Positions 52,071 to 64,000 of a stretch of DNA of 64,000 bases are shown piece by piece. The translations under genes and the position numbers were made by a program. The notes under the pieces were generated by a model. It saw only the letters and a program-made list of their open reading frames with translations. It searched no databases and was not told the origin of the DNA. The DNA comes from Felis catus (taxonomy: Eukaryota). Each line of letters begins with the position of its first letter. Within the stretch, counting starts at the first letter, position 1. The stretch covers positions 48,486,001 to 48,550,000 of the forward strand of contig NC_058368.1 in assembly GCF_018350175.1 (NCBI RefSeq), read 5' to 3'.

Positions 52071-53331
52071 AGTACCCTTTCTCTGCCACTGCCTTATCTC
52101 TGGGTGGAATCGTTCCAGTCCTCCTCTTCCTGCTTTAGTCCTTTGCTTAGTAACATGTTAGAACATCCAAAGGCTGACAGCATTCGGGAAGCTCTTGTAA
52201 CAGCAGGACACAAGCACCAAAGGTCACAGTCAAAGTCATTCCAACACTCCTTGCTGTGCCCCTGAAGTGTATCACAAGAGCACATGCCCTTCCCATGGAC
52301 TGCTTAGCAGCGTGTGCTGTATTACCGACAAGCCTGGAGAACACGGAAGTCACATTTCAAGAGCCTGCAATAATAATCTACTCAGATGTCACAAAACTGA
52401 GGATGCAGGAGTCCTAGAATCCCAAACAGAAGGAAGGCACAGACAGTCGGTGTCAATATGCTCCTCTATCTATCCAAGTGCACATGGCTGCAAGGTGAAG
52501 ACTATGTCACCAGTGGGCATGTATGTTGCCAGTATTTCCAATTTTTGTTGTTGTTGTTGTTGTTCACAACAACTGGATGAAGTAGGCAGAGCAGGTTTAT
52601 AACAAGCTCTTGACTGGTCTCGTAGTTCTTCATCATGCCAGTTATAATGCCCGGATAAGTAAAGCATGGATTTCCTGGGCACTTACCACGTACCAGGGCC
52701 TACACGAAAAATACGCGAAATAGTTCTTGTCCTCTAAGAGCTCGCAATCTGACTGAAGAGATCTGACCACATCCGCACACTATAAAACACACACACTTAA
52801 AGAGAATGAGGCAAGGCAGCCAGAACTTTTCAGAGAAGAGAGAAAGAGCGGCTGAGCTAGGCCCAGTCCATAGTCTGTCTTCCCACTCTGAAATGTGGTC
52901 ATTGGGTCCTGAATTCCTTGGAGGGGTGGGGGGGAGATGTATAGAGCAGCTGACAGTGGAAGACCTAAGGAACTATTTTTAGCCAGAAGGGGAGAAGGGC
53001 ATACGTGCCTTCATGGTGAATCGCTGAAACAGGATGTCGTGTGAAGTAGCCTATCTTTGCGATGCCTCCTAGAGCCTGAATGGCAGACTCAACTTTTCTT
53101 CCCCAAGAGGTAGATGTTAAATGTCATGTCTTAAAAAACAGCCTCAAAAGTAGGTTTTCCAGAGTGATTATGGGATCCGATCCTTGGCATCCAGCTCAGG
53201 CTTTCTCATTCATCGTTGTGATTCGGGGATTGTTTCCTCTAACTTTGTGTCCATTGTAACTAACAGCTCATCTTTTTTCAGAAGCCGATAATCACACGTG
53301 TGATTAATTTCAACAAGTTTTACATTTTCTT

Positions 53332-53549
53332 TTAAATTTTTTTTTAATGTTTTTATTTTTTGAGACAGAGAGAGACAGAGCATGAACAGGGGAGGGTCAG
53401 AGAGAAGCAGACACAGACTCGAAGCAGGCTCCAGGCTGTCAGCACAGAGCCCAGCACAGAGCCCGACATGGGGCTTGAACTCACGGACCATGAGATCATG
53501 ACCTGAGCCGAAGTCGGACGCTCAACTGACTGAGCCACCCAGGCGCCCC
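53332..53549 (-). mobile_element. CAN-SINE with 17-bp TSD and internal 12-bp duplication
   Basis: TSD AAGTTTTACATTTTCTT at 53315-53331 and 53550-53566. CAGCACAGAGCC occurs twice in tandem at 53440-53463. Confidence 0.96.
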
Positions 53550-53628
53550 AAGTTTTACATTTTCTTATAAAGAATCAAACTTCAACCAGCTTTTATCAGT
53601 AAATGAAAAAAGAATCCTATAAGACTGA

Positions 53629-53854
53629 GGGGTACCTGGGTGGCTCAGTCAGTTAAGCATCCAACTTTGGCTCAGGTTATGATCTCACAGTTTGCGGGTT
53701 CGAGCCCCGCGTCTGGCTCTGTGCTGACAGCTCAGAGCCTGGAGCCTGCTTCTGACTCTGTGTCTCCCTCTTTCTCTCTCTGCCCCTCCCCCACTCATGC
53801 TGTGTCTCTCTCTGTCTCAAAAATAAATGAAACATTTTTAAAAGTTAAAAAAAT
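53629..53854 (+). mobile_element. CAN-SINE
   Basis: Full-length copy. The flanks share aaagaatcct(a/g)taa. Confidence 0.95.
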
Positions 53855-55897
53855 AAAGAATCCTGTAAATAAAGAAATCTTTAGACTACTAACATTCCTT
53901 ATCTAAAAAGAGTTCTGATTCTGAAATTATACAGCATATTACCCATCCCATTATCCCCAATTAAAAACTCCAGTAAAATGACCAAGAGTGAAGTTCACTA
54001 AAATCTAGATTTAATTCTAACTTTAAAGAAGAACTGATGTACAGTATTGCAAGTGACTAAATACAAATTATTGCTTTCCATAAATAATTAGGTCATAAGA
54101 CATCCCCTTAAACACTGTGGGCTGCTTCTCTTGAAGCTTTACTGTGAAAGAGAATGAAATTATATCTGCCACATATTTAAGAAATACATACAAAACTAAA
54201 GAAAAGACTAAAATCAGGGTTTTCTCTCCCTTCCTTCCAGGTACATAATCTAAATTAGGGTTAAAATACTAACATCAGCTCCATTCACAAGAAGGAAAAA
54301 TTGATTTTAATGAGTAGGCATTAAGTAAAACCTATGAACCCACCATTTTTCCTGTCTCTATTTAAGGGCAGGAAATACTTTCCATAAATGATGTGGCCTG
54401 AGGTTCTTATTCACACTGTAAAACCTCTGGAACTACTGGCTTTTGTTTTTTGTGCATCTCAATCTTTCAAACTTACCATAAAACTATAAATTGATAATAA
54501 AGGAGAAAGAAACATCCTGATGTCACCAAACATTCCCAGAACGAGTGACCACAATGCACCATCGTGGCTCTGACTAGCGGTCTCTGACTGCCTTCTGTAC
54601 TTTTCTGCCCTCCTCCAACACACATGACTTGAGTACCTTTACTGCTATTCAAGTTGAAGAATATATTGTGGAATAAAAAGCAACAATGTGCAATATGCCA
54701 CTTTTTCATTTTGTCATCGACAATGAAAAAAAGTTATCCTCTGTGAATGAGATGCTACGGTCTATGCGGTGTGTTAAATGAGGGGGTTTTGGAAATTTTA
54801 TGAAACTGGCTCATGCACCTAGATTAAGAAAACAGAAATTCCAAAGAAATAAAACAAATCCTTCCTGTGTTAGGGTAAACAGCAAAGGTAAAAACTACTT
54901 GGCTGGGAGGACAGAGAGTTTAACTTGATGAATCAGGCTAGAAAATCCAGGTGAACATAAGACTTCTTCCGAAGCTTTGTCTACAATGAACAAACGATGT
55001 TAACAGCTGCCACACAGTCTTTCTTTCACGATGCTCCACTGCCCAAGTTTTAGGATGAGCCCAGGTGAGTCATCATGTCATACACAGAACTGGGAAGGTG
55101 CGTTATTGGTTGACATAGCCCACCAAGTTCATTGCGGAGCTACTACAACGAACACGGAACATAAAGGTGAAATGATATCCCCTCCCATGATGGGGGTCTG
55201 TTTCAGACACAGGCTTAGAGCGAGGAAGAGAAATATACATGGGGATGCCATACACCCTGCCCTATATTGCTCAGGAATGTGGAAGTTATTGGAGAAACCC
55301 TCTACATGCTACCAGCTGGATCCATGACCTCAGTTCCTCATTATCAAGTCCTTTTAACATTTAATAGTGTCCTAACCCCTTGAATGGGGTCCTACATGCA
55401 CACAGATTCTTATAAGTGAAATTTTATTCATATTTGAAATTTCTTCTGATGGCTCACTTACAAAATATTGCCAATGTTCTGCTTTTTTTGAATAAGAGCT
55501 ATATGAATAAGATCAAGTATCTAATTTATGTACTTTTTGCGGTCATCTGTACCGTCTCAGTGGTGGTAGGTTAGCAGCATAGGTAGGCAGTGCACCCAGG
55601 CACAGGAGCAATGTTTTCTCACTTCAATACAAAACATAGTCAGCCAATGCTGCAGTCATACTGCCCTTATAATTTTAACTTGCGAAGCTACAAATGTTAA
55701 TGATAAAATCACCCACATCCTTTTAACGAAGTGTTCTTAAGTCTTCATATTTTCAGTAGCCATGAGTTAATTTGTCAATTTCGCTATGTATCCTTAAGTA
55801 AGCCTTTTTTTTGCTTTTATGCGCATTTCAAACTCACTGACCTGTATTTCCTCAACTATCCTCTAGCTCTCATGAAGTTTAAAAGGGTAAATACATC

Positions 55898-56120
55898 GGG
55901 GCGCCTGGGTGGCACAGTCGGTTAAGCGTCCGACCTCAGCCAGGTCACGATCTCGCGGTCCGTGAGTTCGAGCCCCGCGTCGGGCTCTGGGCTGATGGCT
56001 CGGAGCCTGGAGCCTGTTTCCGATTCTGTGTCTCCCTCTCTCTGCCCCTCCCCCGTTCATGCTCTGTCTCTCTCTGTCCCAAAAATAAATAAACGTTGAA
56101 AAAAAAAATTTAAAAAAAAA
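55898..56120 (+). mobile_element. Young CpG-rich SINEC_Fc
   Basis: Near-TSD aaaaggg(g)taaataca on both sides. Confidence 0.97.
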
Positions 56121-56541
56121 AAAGGGGTAAATACAAATGTCAAAAGGGAAATCAATCCAACAAACAGTACCATTCTCATACCTGTACTCTGTAATTTCCC
56201 AAGAAAGAAAGAAGCCATTTTGACATGGAGTTTATAGCCCCATCTTATTTTTTAATACTTCCCTCTTTGCTCTGAATTTTTTAATAGCTTTTCAAAACAT
56301 TCACTAATTTAAATAAAACCATATGGTTGTTACAAGGTCACTGTGCTTTCCTGATTTTAGGAAGTTATCTTCTCCAGGTTAGGAATATTTGAGTCGCAAA
56401 TGGATGAGAATCAGTCTCTGGTGATTTTTACTCAAGAGAGAAAAGCCAGGCAAGTGCAAATCAGAACCGTTCTGCAAACTTCGATATGCTCTGTAAATGA
56501 CTGCCACTATCATAAAGAGAAGAGGGTGGGGCGTCATTGAA

Positions 56542-56547
56542 ACTTAC
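56542..56547 (-). promoter_or_regulatory. 5' splice donor of the KLF12 exon
   Basis: The minus strand reads CAAGGG|GTAAGT, a consensus donor. Confidence 0.93.
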
Positions 56548-56637
56548 CCCTTGTTCAGATTCCAAAAGCTCTGTTTTGACTCTGACTGACGGCATCCCAT
56601 CAAGCATTAACATTCTGTTCTCAAAGGTGTTGATATT
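56548..56637 (-). CDS. KLF12: Internal coding exon of Kruppel-like factor 12 (N-terminal region, about residues 12-41; probably exon 3), 90 bp, phase 0-0
   Basis: The minus strand translates to NINTFENRMLMLDGMPSVRVKTELLESEQG, matching the recalled KLF12 N-terminus (MNIHMKRKTIK-NINTFENRMLMLDGMPAVRVKTELLESEQG-SPNVHNYP). It is bounded by a polypyrimidine tract with CAG acceptor and a GGG|GTAAGT donor. Confidence 0.96.
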
Positions 56638-56668
56638 CTGAGAATAAAAAAGAGAGAGAGAGGGAAAG
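56638..56668 (-). promoter_or_regulatory. 3' splice site and polypyrimidine tract of the KLF12 exon
   Basis: The minus strand reads CTTTCCCTCTCTCTCTCTTTTTATTCTCAG|AAT. Confidence 0.93.
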
Positions 56669-59600
56669 TCCGTTATACAGCATTCAAAACAGGACATCTG
56701 GTAGAGTCTTCCTTCACTGTAGTACGTTTAGTACTGCTAACCTAATTTTTTAACAATGAAGTATAATTAAATGAGAATAGCAGTATAACCAATTATGCCC
56801 CCTTTCTGAACTATCATTTGAAATAATGACCAAGAAGTTGAATTAATCAGTCTGATTCGCTGACCTCTGGGTTGGAGGTCAGACTATAATAAACTGGAGT
56901 AAAGAAAGCTTAACATTAATATATATATGGCTGGAACAATTCATCACACTTTCGCAGTAGTGGAGGGACACAGAAGACAAGTTTCCTTCTTCCTGAGTTC
57001 TGGAGGTTATATTGTGCAGAAATCCACAAAGGAGAAAATAAATAAAAATAATGACGATGCTCTCATATTATTATCAAAGTCTACATAATTTAAAAACCAA
57101 GATAATATAATTCTGGACACTAAATTGTGATATGACAATTCAGATCAAATGAAAATTTCTATATATCCACCCCAAACTTCTATTTCAAGAACAACTAATA
57201 TAAATTTTGGATTCAGAATGAATTTTTAAGCTGAAGTCGTGACCAAAAAATAAATTTGCTTTCTGTTTTGGTGTATGTTTGGCTGAATTTGCCACTTCTT
57301 TAAAGGAGAACCTATTTCTATTGTGACTCAATAGAATTTCAAACAATATTTACCAACAGATTAAATCAAGGTTATTTTCTACTAATTTTCACTGCTTTGG
57401 GGATTTTCTAAAGTCAATAATCTATGAAGGGAGTCAGAAAGACACTTACCAGTGCTTGCTTCAGGCCAAATCATGTTTTAAAACATGTTTAGAATGTCAA
57501 TTTTACCTTCATATCCTGTCCAAACTAAGAAACAAAAATAACTAGACTTGAGTTTTTAGAATGGTTTCTTTACTCAGTCACAGAACATAAGCACATGATA
57601 CTAACGTGGTCTCATGAAAAGAAAAAGAGATCTGTTTCCAAATATTTTGCCTACATGATGACAAAGGTTAATAGCATTTCTAAACCTGCAGGTTTTTGCC
57701 CTTCACATAGCTGCTTTTCTATCAAATAGACAGTTAAATAAAAACAACTCCCACTTCAACAAATCATAAATGTTTTTATTACCAAATAATACCGACAGAG
57801 TGCAGTATAGTAAAGCTCTAATTATCTCTATTTCTTGCCACTCCTTTTTGTTTAAGAAAAAGAAGAAATAAAATTTATAGGGCCTCTTATCACAAATATT
57901 TGCTCTGAGACATCAACAGGAAGAAAAAGCAAATTTACTCTTGAGCTAACTAATGAGCATTTAAAAATTCCATGCTACCTAGCCTATCAGGTAATAAAAA
58001 GAAGAAAAATTACTGTCAGGTTCTTTTCTTAGAAATGTGCAGTATTATTAAAACTGGCAGGATACATTTTTTTTAAATTTGTGCTTTTGACTCGTCCATA
58101 TTTTGTAGGCATTTTGCATCCTAATAGCTCAGAGCAGAAAGAACTGTGGTATCCCTGGCAAGCTCAGTTAATTTGTTCCAAGCTTGAAATCCTTTCATGG
58201 AGGCTGGTGAGTTGTTTACACATCAGGCATGGATCTCAAATCCTAATGTGCCACTTGCCTCCGTGATTGGAAGCAGCCAGCTTGGCTTGCAACCACCCAG
58301 TTTCAAGAAAGCCTTCCCCGCAGCCGGCCAGACCTCAACACCCCTGCCCTTCACAGCGGCCAGACACCTACCCTAACAAAGCATCCCCTAGGCTGTTTGC
58401 TTGGTAGACAATGAAGAATGAGTTGATATTGCTTCCTACCCCAGAGGAGGTCTTGCCCAGACGAAAAGGGAAGAAGATGCCTTGCAAAGGCAGGGAAAAG
58501 ACAAAGAGCGATTCTGGAGAGACAGGTTTAATGAACTGTTGGAATCTGATTAGAGGCTAATGTCCCTTTTAGTGCTTTGTACCAATTTACAGCTGATATA
58601 CTTTCACCACGCTCCTCACGGGCTGTGATAAACTCATTAGTTTAAAAAATGCAAGCTAACCAGAGTCTTTGAAGTTAAAAACTGATAAATCATGAAAACC
58701 TGATTGGGCCCATGTTCCATTTAGCACATTTAAATATCACTGTATTTTCATGATTTTTTAATTGTTATTCTTGAATAATTCTACATGTGTTAAAGGCAGG
58801 ATGTACATTTGAGTTTCATACAAAAGTGGAAAAATAAAACCTACTGAAAGTTTTTCAAGGAATTAAGCTTTCTCTGGAAATAATTCCCTTTCCGTGATTT
58901 TCCAGGATCATCCACTGCCACAGTCATAATAAACACCATAAATAACAATGTTCACAACTAAAAAACCAATCATTAACTACTAAACTCAACTAGTGCAGAT
59001 TCAATCTGTATATATGCCTGAAAGCAATACTGTAAATATTTATAAAGCACATTAATCTCTACATTCATGATTCTAACCCTATTTAATATAAACATAGACA
59101 CTGAGCATCATACCATATTCCAGACCAGCCCAGAAAGGGTAGGGTTTTTATAAGGCACATGGTAATTGTATAGAGGATACAGTACCTGAAACAAAATAAT
59201 AGATTTATCTCTCTAAGCTAAAATCAGATACATACCATCTCAGTTGACTGTAGACTTTGAATATGTAATAAACTCTTATAATTTGAAATTGCTGTCAAAC
59301 ATATCTCGCCATGATCTTAATCAAAACACATTTGCTGTGGAATCAATAGTTCAATTGATTCCCAAGAGGTAAATAAAATTACACAGTCATCAATTTTAGT
59401 AACATGGTACTCTTCCTATATTTATGTTGTAATAAGCATCTTAATATTATAAAACCCTATATAATTTATATACGTGTATATATATGCATATTATCAGGTA
59501 CCCACGTATGCGTATACACTTAAATTACTTGTTTTGCATGAGTACATTTTATTAATTAAAGCAAAAGTTACCATCAGATTTATTAGCTGGCTGTTGACCA

Positions 59601-59810
59601 ATTACATGTGCACTGAATGAGAACTGTGTCTGGACCTTCCTGTTTGCCAGGTAAGATCTGCGACACAGAAGTCCAGCTGACAGCAGCTCTCCTAATTCAA
59701 CCAGTACAAGCAGAAACTTCAGTGATCCTAACATCGCAAAATATTTTGAATGGAATGTGCAGGAATTGGGACTGATACTCAATGATCATCTCATAAAAAC
59801 ACAGAATGGG

Positions 59811-60051
59811 GGGGCGCCTGGGTGGCTTGGTCGGTTAAGCATCCGACTTCGGCTCAGGTCATGATCTCACGGCCCGTGAGTTCGAGCCCCGCATCAGGCT
59901 CTGTGCTGACAGCTCAGAGCCTGGAGCCTGTTTCAGATTCTGTGTCTCCCTCTCTCTCTGCCCCTCCCCTGTTCATGCTCTGCCTCTCTCTGTCTCAAAA
60001 ATAAATAAACGTTAAAAAAAGAAATTAAAATAAACAAACAAACAAACAAGC
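59811..60051 (+). mobile_element. CAN-SINE with 15-bp TSD
   Basis: TSD AAACACAGAATGGGG at 59797-59811 and 60052-60066. Confidence 0.96.
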
Positions 60052-60399
60052 AAACACAGAATGGGGAAGTAACTTTCCCAGGGCAACTACTACAATCTAT
60101 CTGCCCTCGTCCTCCCAAAATGCAAGTCTTTTCTTCTCCCTCCTCTTGACTGTGGGCCATCTGGTTCTTTGGAGAAAACGCAATTATTTTATCACAACCC
60201 CAAACTTGTGCTGAAACACTAGAGAATCAGTGAATTCCTCTTGCTTTTTATAGGTGACGATCAACAAACCTAAGAAATTAGAATTACACTCAGCCAACAG
60301 TTTCAGATATCTAACGCTATGCAACAAAACACATCATAGCATACAAAAACAGTCATTTTATTATTATCTTGGTACCAAACATAACAATAAAACGTAATA

Positions 60400-60580
60400 T
60401 TTGCATATTTATTAAGGATGAGGCCTTGTACTAAGAGATACTCATTTAGTCCTTACAGCAACCCCAGAGGTCAAGGCTGTATTATCTGAAGATGAGGCAT
60501 CTGAGACACAAGGAGGTTAAACTGTCCAAGGTCTCAAGATTATTAAGCATTATACCTCTGTTCCAAACCAATTCTTCTGC
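60400..60580 (-). mobile_element. MIR SINE fragment
   Basis: ctcatttagtccttacagcaacccc...agatgaggcatctgagacacaaggaggttaaactgtccaaggtc. Confidence 0.7.
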
Positions 60581-62031
60581 CCTCCCCCATATTTACTCCT
60601 TGCCCCCTCCTCCTCCTCCCCTGCCATCTCTCCCTCAGGAGCTCTGGGACCTCAGTGCACAGCTCCTCTCAGAATTGAGTTGATTTAGTAGGTGAACTGA
60701 ATGTACACCTTCTGGTCACTGATGAGAATCAACATTTGGGGAAATACCAGTAACAGGTTAAATAAAACCATGGTTTCAAAGCTATCTCCTTTTTCTTCTT
60801 TCTTTAAACTTTCAACACATTTTCTTGACTTTATGAGATTATACATCCTATCCTAGAAATATCTCATAATTAATTTAGCAAGTCAATCCCATCCTGATTT
60901 CAACATCCAGAAAAATCTATGGTAATCTCATCTGCTACCCAGTATTTTGAAAATATTCATATACCCTTGGTGGCTCATTCGATATTTTCGCAAGAGCTTA
61001 ATGTACTTGCATGATACAGGAACTTCATCTCCTACACTGGACAGATACTCAAGAGAGAGATAGCTGGGCATTTAATTTATAATCACTTAGGTTAAGTGTA
61101 AAAGTATACTTTTCTAAGCTCACATATCCTCACAATGACGAATCAATTTGGTACAGGCATATGCATAATCAAAGTACCTCAAATGGTACAAAATAAACAT
61201 CAGTTCAAACCTACTTTGCCATTCTGTCCCAGCCTTTCATCTTCCACTGCTTTGTAGCATGGGACAGAGGACATCACACTGATGACCATACTGGCAGAAC
61301 TAAGAGCTAAACTAGAGACCCGGTGGAATCTCAGCTGAAATCCCCTTCAGTGATTTCAATGATCCATACACACATTACTCCAAAATATCTGTCTCTACTC
61401 TTATAAACAAAACCCTTCCATAAATACCTCACATTATGTCTCTCATAAGGACTGGTAAAACAGTATTTGCCATGCAGCAACTTATATTTTCCTGATAGTA
61501 AGGATCACGCTGTTTCCTTTGTTGGCAAAGTGTTAAATTACCACGACGATGCAGTTCACACTGATATTTTAAAAATGTCAACTGAGATTCCAAACAACAC
61601 TCCACCCCAGCATTAATACAAAGTGTAGTAGAATGTTATTTTTGTCATTCGTATTCTGAAGAACTGCACACACTTGGGGGTTGTGAGTTAGCCAAATCTC
61701 TCCATAAACATGCAGTGAGGGTCTCTGCTATGCCAAAGTCACTTCATTCCATCCACGCCACATCTGTGAATCATGAGGCACTGGGGCAAATAACAGGGGC
61801 AAGCCAAAGACGGAAGCACAGAAACCAGGTAAAAATCCAGGACAATATCATGGCAAGAGAAGTGCCAACCCACCAGCAACTCCCCAGGAGCCGGGGGGTG
61901 GGGGGGGACGACAAAACTTCAGTGTAGCCACACAGGTGTTAACATTGCAGGGAGAGATCTAAAGCGCAGGAGCAGGTATTTGGCTATCAGGATGAGCGCA
62001 CAAGTAGTCTTGATGTCATGTAAAGATAAAA

Positions 62032-62579
62032 GAATTACTCAGCTATAAAAAGGAAGGAAATCTTGCCACTTGCAACAACACAGATAAACCTTGAGGATGT
62101 TATGCCAAATGAAGTAAGTCAGAGAAAGGCAAATATCAAACGATCTTGCTTATGCCTAGAATCTTAAAAAAAAAAAAAAATGAGCTCATAGATACAAAGA
62201 ACAGACTGGTGGCTGCCAGAGGCAGAGTATGTATGTGTGTGTAGTGGGGGAAGGTGGTCGAAAGGTGCAAACTTCCAGTTATAAAACAAGTTAAGTCATA
62301 GGGATGTAATACACAGCAGAGTGACTATATTTAATAAACATTGCATATTTGAAGACTGCTATGAGAATGGATGCTAAAAGTTCTCATCACAAGAAAAACA
62401 CATTTTTGCTATGTAAGATGACCGATGCTAACTAGACCTACTGTGTGATCTTTTCACAATATATACAAACATCAAATCACTTAATGGAACTAATAGAACT
62501 AATAGAATTGGAACTAATAGAATGTTGTTTGTCAATGATATCTCAATAAATAAATAAACAAACAAACAAACAAACAAAC
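62032..62579 (+). mobile_element. L1 3' end (L1MA9/L1_Carn-like) with (AAAT)/(AAAC) tail
   Basis: ttactcagctataaaaaggaaggaaatcttgccacttgcaacaaca...aaacttccagttataaaa...ttctcatcacaagaaaaa...tatctcaataaa. Confidence 0.88.
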
Positions 62580-63535
62580 CTGAGGGAGAAGTGAGTTCAG
62601 TTCTGGAAAAGGAAGCCAGAAACAAGAGTCTCTCCAGGGCTAGCAGAAACTAATTCTGAGGTCAGAGCTAGGGAACAGAGCGAACAGGAATCAGAAAGCA
62701 TGTGCCCAACCCAAGCCCGCTTCCCTAGGCATATGTATAGACACAGAAAGCAGGTACCATGAGCCCAGGCAGAATGGCCACTGCAGTAGACAAGCCCCAC
62801 ACATGGGAAAAACAGTTGCAACACAACTACAGTATGATCACAGGGAACATAATTTTAAAAATAAAAACACGAACAACTATAATAACAACAGCTGCCATGC
62901 ACTGAGCATTTATGTACTGGGTGCTGTTTCATGTGCTTTATACACGGTTCAATCATACATTTCCGGATTCACTCAAAAAACACTTACTGAGTACAAGGCA
63001 TGGTTTAGGCATTTAGGGTCTATCAGTGAACACAAGAGAGAACGTTTTACAGGGTTACATTCTAGTCATTTATCCCTCTAACAGCCTTTTTTTTTTTTTT
63101 AAACTATGTCCATTTTAGACAAGAAAATACAGGTTCAGAGAGATGAGGGAATCCGCCCGAGATGGTAGGTGGTCTAACGCTGGGGCTAAGTCTACCTCCC
63201 ACTGCTACCAGGGATAGAGAGCATCAACTGCTGAGTAGTCAGACATTGGCTGCAAAGCTGCATGAGCCCAGAGCCACCAAAGCCACTCTGGCTAGTGCGC
63301 TTCAGGCTCCTGATCTAACAAAAGGCTGGAATCAGGGCTGGAGCATCAAGGCAGAGTCAGGCTGATTAGGGGTACACTGAAGGCAGAGTATTGAGACCAG
63401 TCCAAAGCCCTTACCCTGTCCTACAGGAGGTCCCTCTGATTATTTGTCCAATGTACTTCAAACCCACTACCCAATCCCATTTGGTACTATTACCCTCAAC
63501 TACATTTTAACCATGTCAAATGTTGGGTTCTCTAT

Positions 63536-63642
63536 TGTCAGCATGTAGCCCACTTTGGGCCTTCTATCCCACACTCTCTCTGCCCCTCCCCCCACTCACA
63601 TGTACAAGCACACTCTCTCTCAAAAATAATCATTAAAAAAAA
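63536..63642 (+). mobile_element. 5'-truncated CAN-SINE (3' half)
   Basis: ctctctctgcccctcccccactcac...ctctctctcaaaaataatcattaaaaaaaa. Confidence 0.8.
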
Positions 63643-63704
63643 TGCTCTCTCGTCTGGGCCTGTGTCTTCTATTCCATCTTTATATCCATCATCACCTGAC
63701 AAAT

Positions 63705-63941
63705 TCTTTTTTTTTTTTATTTTAAATTTTTTTTTCAACGTTTATTTATTTTTTGGGGGACAGAGAGAGACAGAGCATGAACGGGGGAGGGGCAGAGAGA
63801 GAGGGAGACACAGAATCGGAAGCAGGCTCCAGGCTCCGAGCCATCAGCCCAGAGCCCGAAGTGGGGCTCGAACTCACGGACCTGAGATCGTGACCTGAGC
63901 TGAAGTCGGACGCTCAACCGACTGCGCCACCCAGGCGCCCC
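63705..63941 (-). mobile_element. Young SINEC_Fc with 13-bp TSD
   Basis: TSD TCACCTGACAAAT at 63692-63704 and 63942-63954. Confidence 0.97.
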
Positions 63942-64000
63942 TCACCTGACAAATGCTTGATTTGCTATTACACTAGAATGTAAGTTCCAGAAAGGGCATG

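Noticed and set aside
56524..56532. KLF/SP-like GGGTGGGGC next to the exon donor as an autoregulatory site
   Set aside because: It is a single short motif with no supporting context.
56461..56697. The full 78-aa ORF as the coding region
   Set aside because: Only 56548-56637 lies between splice sites and matches KLF12. The rest is read-through into intron.
1..64000. A novel multi-gene or prokaryote-style system (CRISPR array, operon, defence island)
   Set aside because: The DNA is mammalian intron. It has no regularly spaced repeat-spacer array and no long ORFs, and the recurring repeats are dispersed SINEs.

Overview
This window is AT-rich mammalian intronic DNA from a carnivore, almost certainly a felid, because it is dense in tRNA-derived CAN-SINEs of the SINEC_Fc type. 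It holds one recognisable protein-coding segment: a 90-bp, phase 0-0 internal exon of KLF12 (Kruppel-like factor 12) on the minus strand at 56548-56637, encoding NINTFENRMLMLDGMPSVRVKTELLESEQG. The whole window is therefore inferred to lie inside the KLF12 transcription unit, with about 56.5 kb of downstream intron and about 7.4 kb of upstream intron. The rest is about 30 CAN-SINEs (many with target-site duplications, TSDs, and five from a young CpG-rich subfamily), a 1.9-kb 5'-truncated carnivore L1, older L1/L2/MIR/CR1/MaLR/MER5 relics and microsatellites. I found no evidence for a new biological system. The observations worth a second look are modest: several duplication scars with templated spacers, nested and inverted SINE pairs (one pair brackets the exon), a 16-kb stretch without SINEs, and a few palindromes. 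Repeat family names come from recalled consensus sequences, not from a database search.
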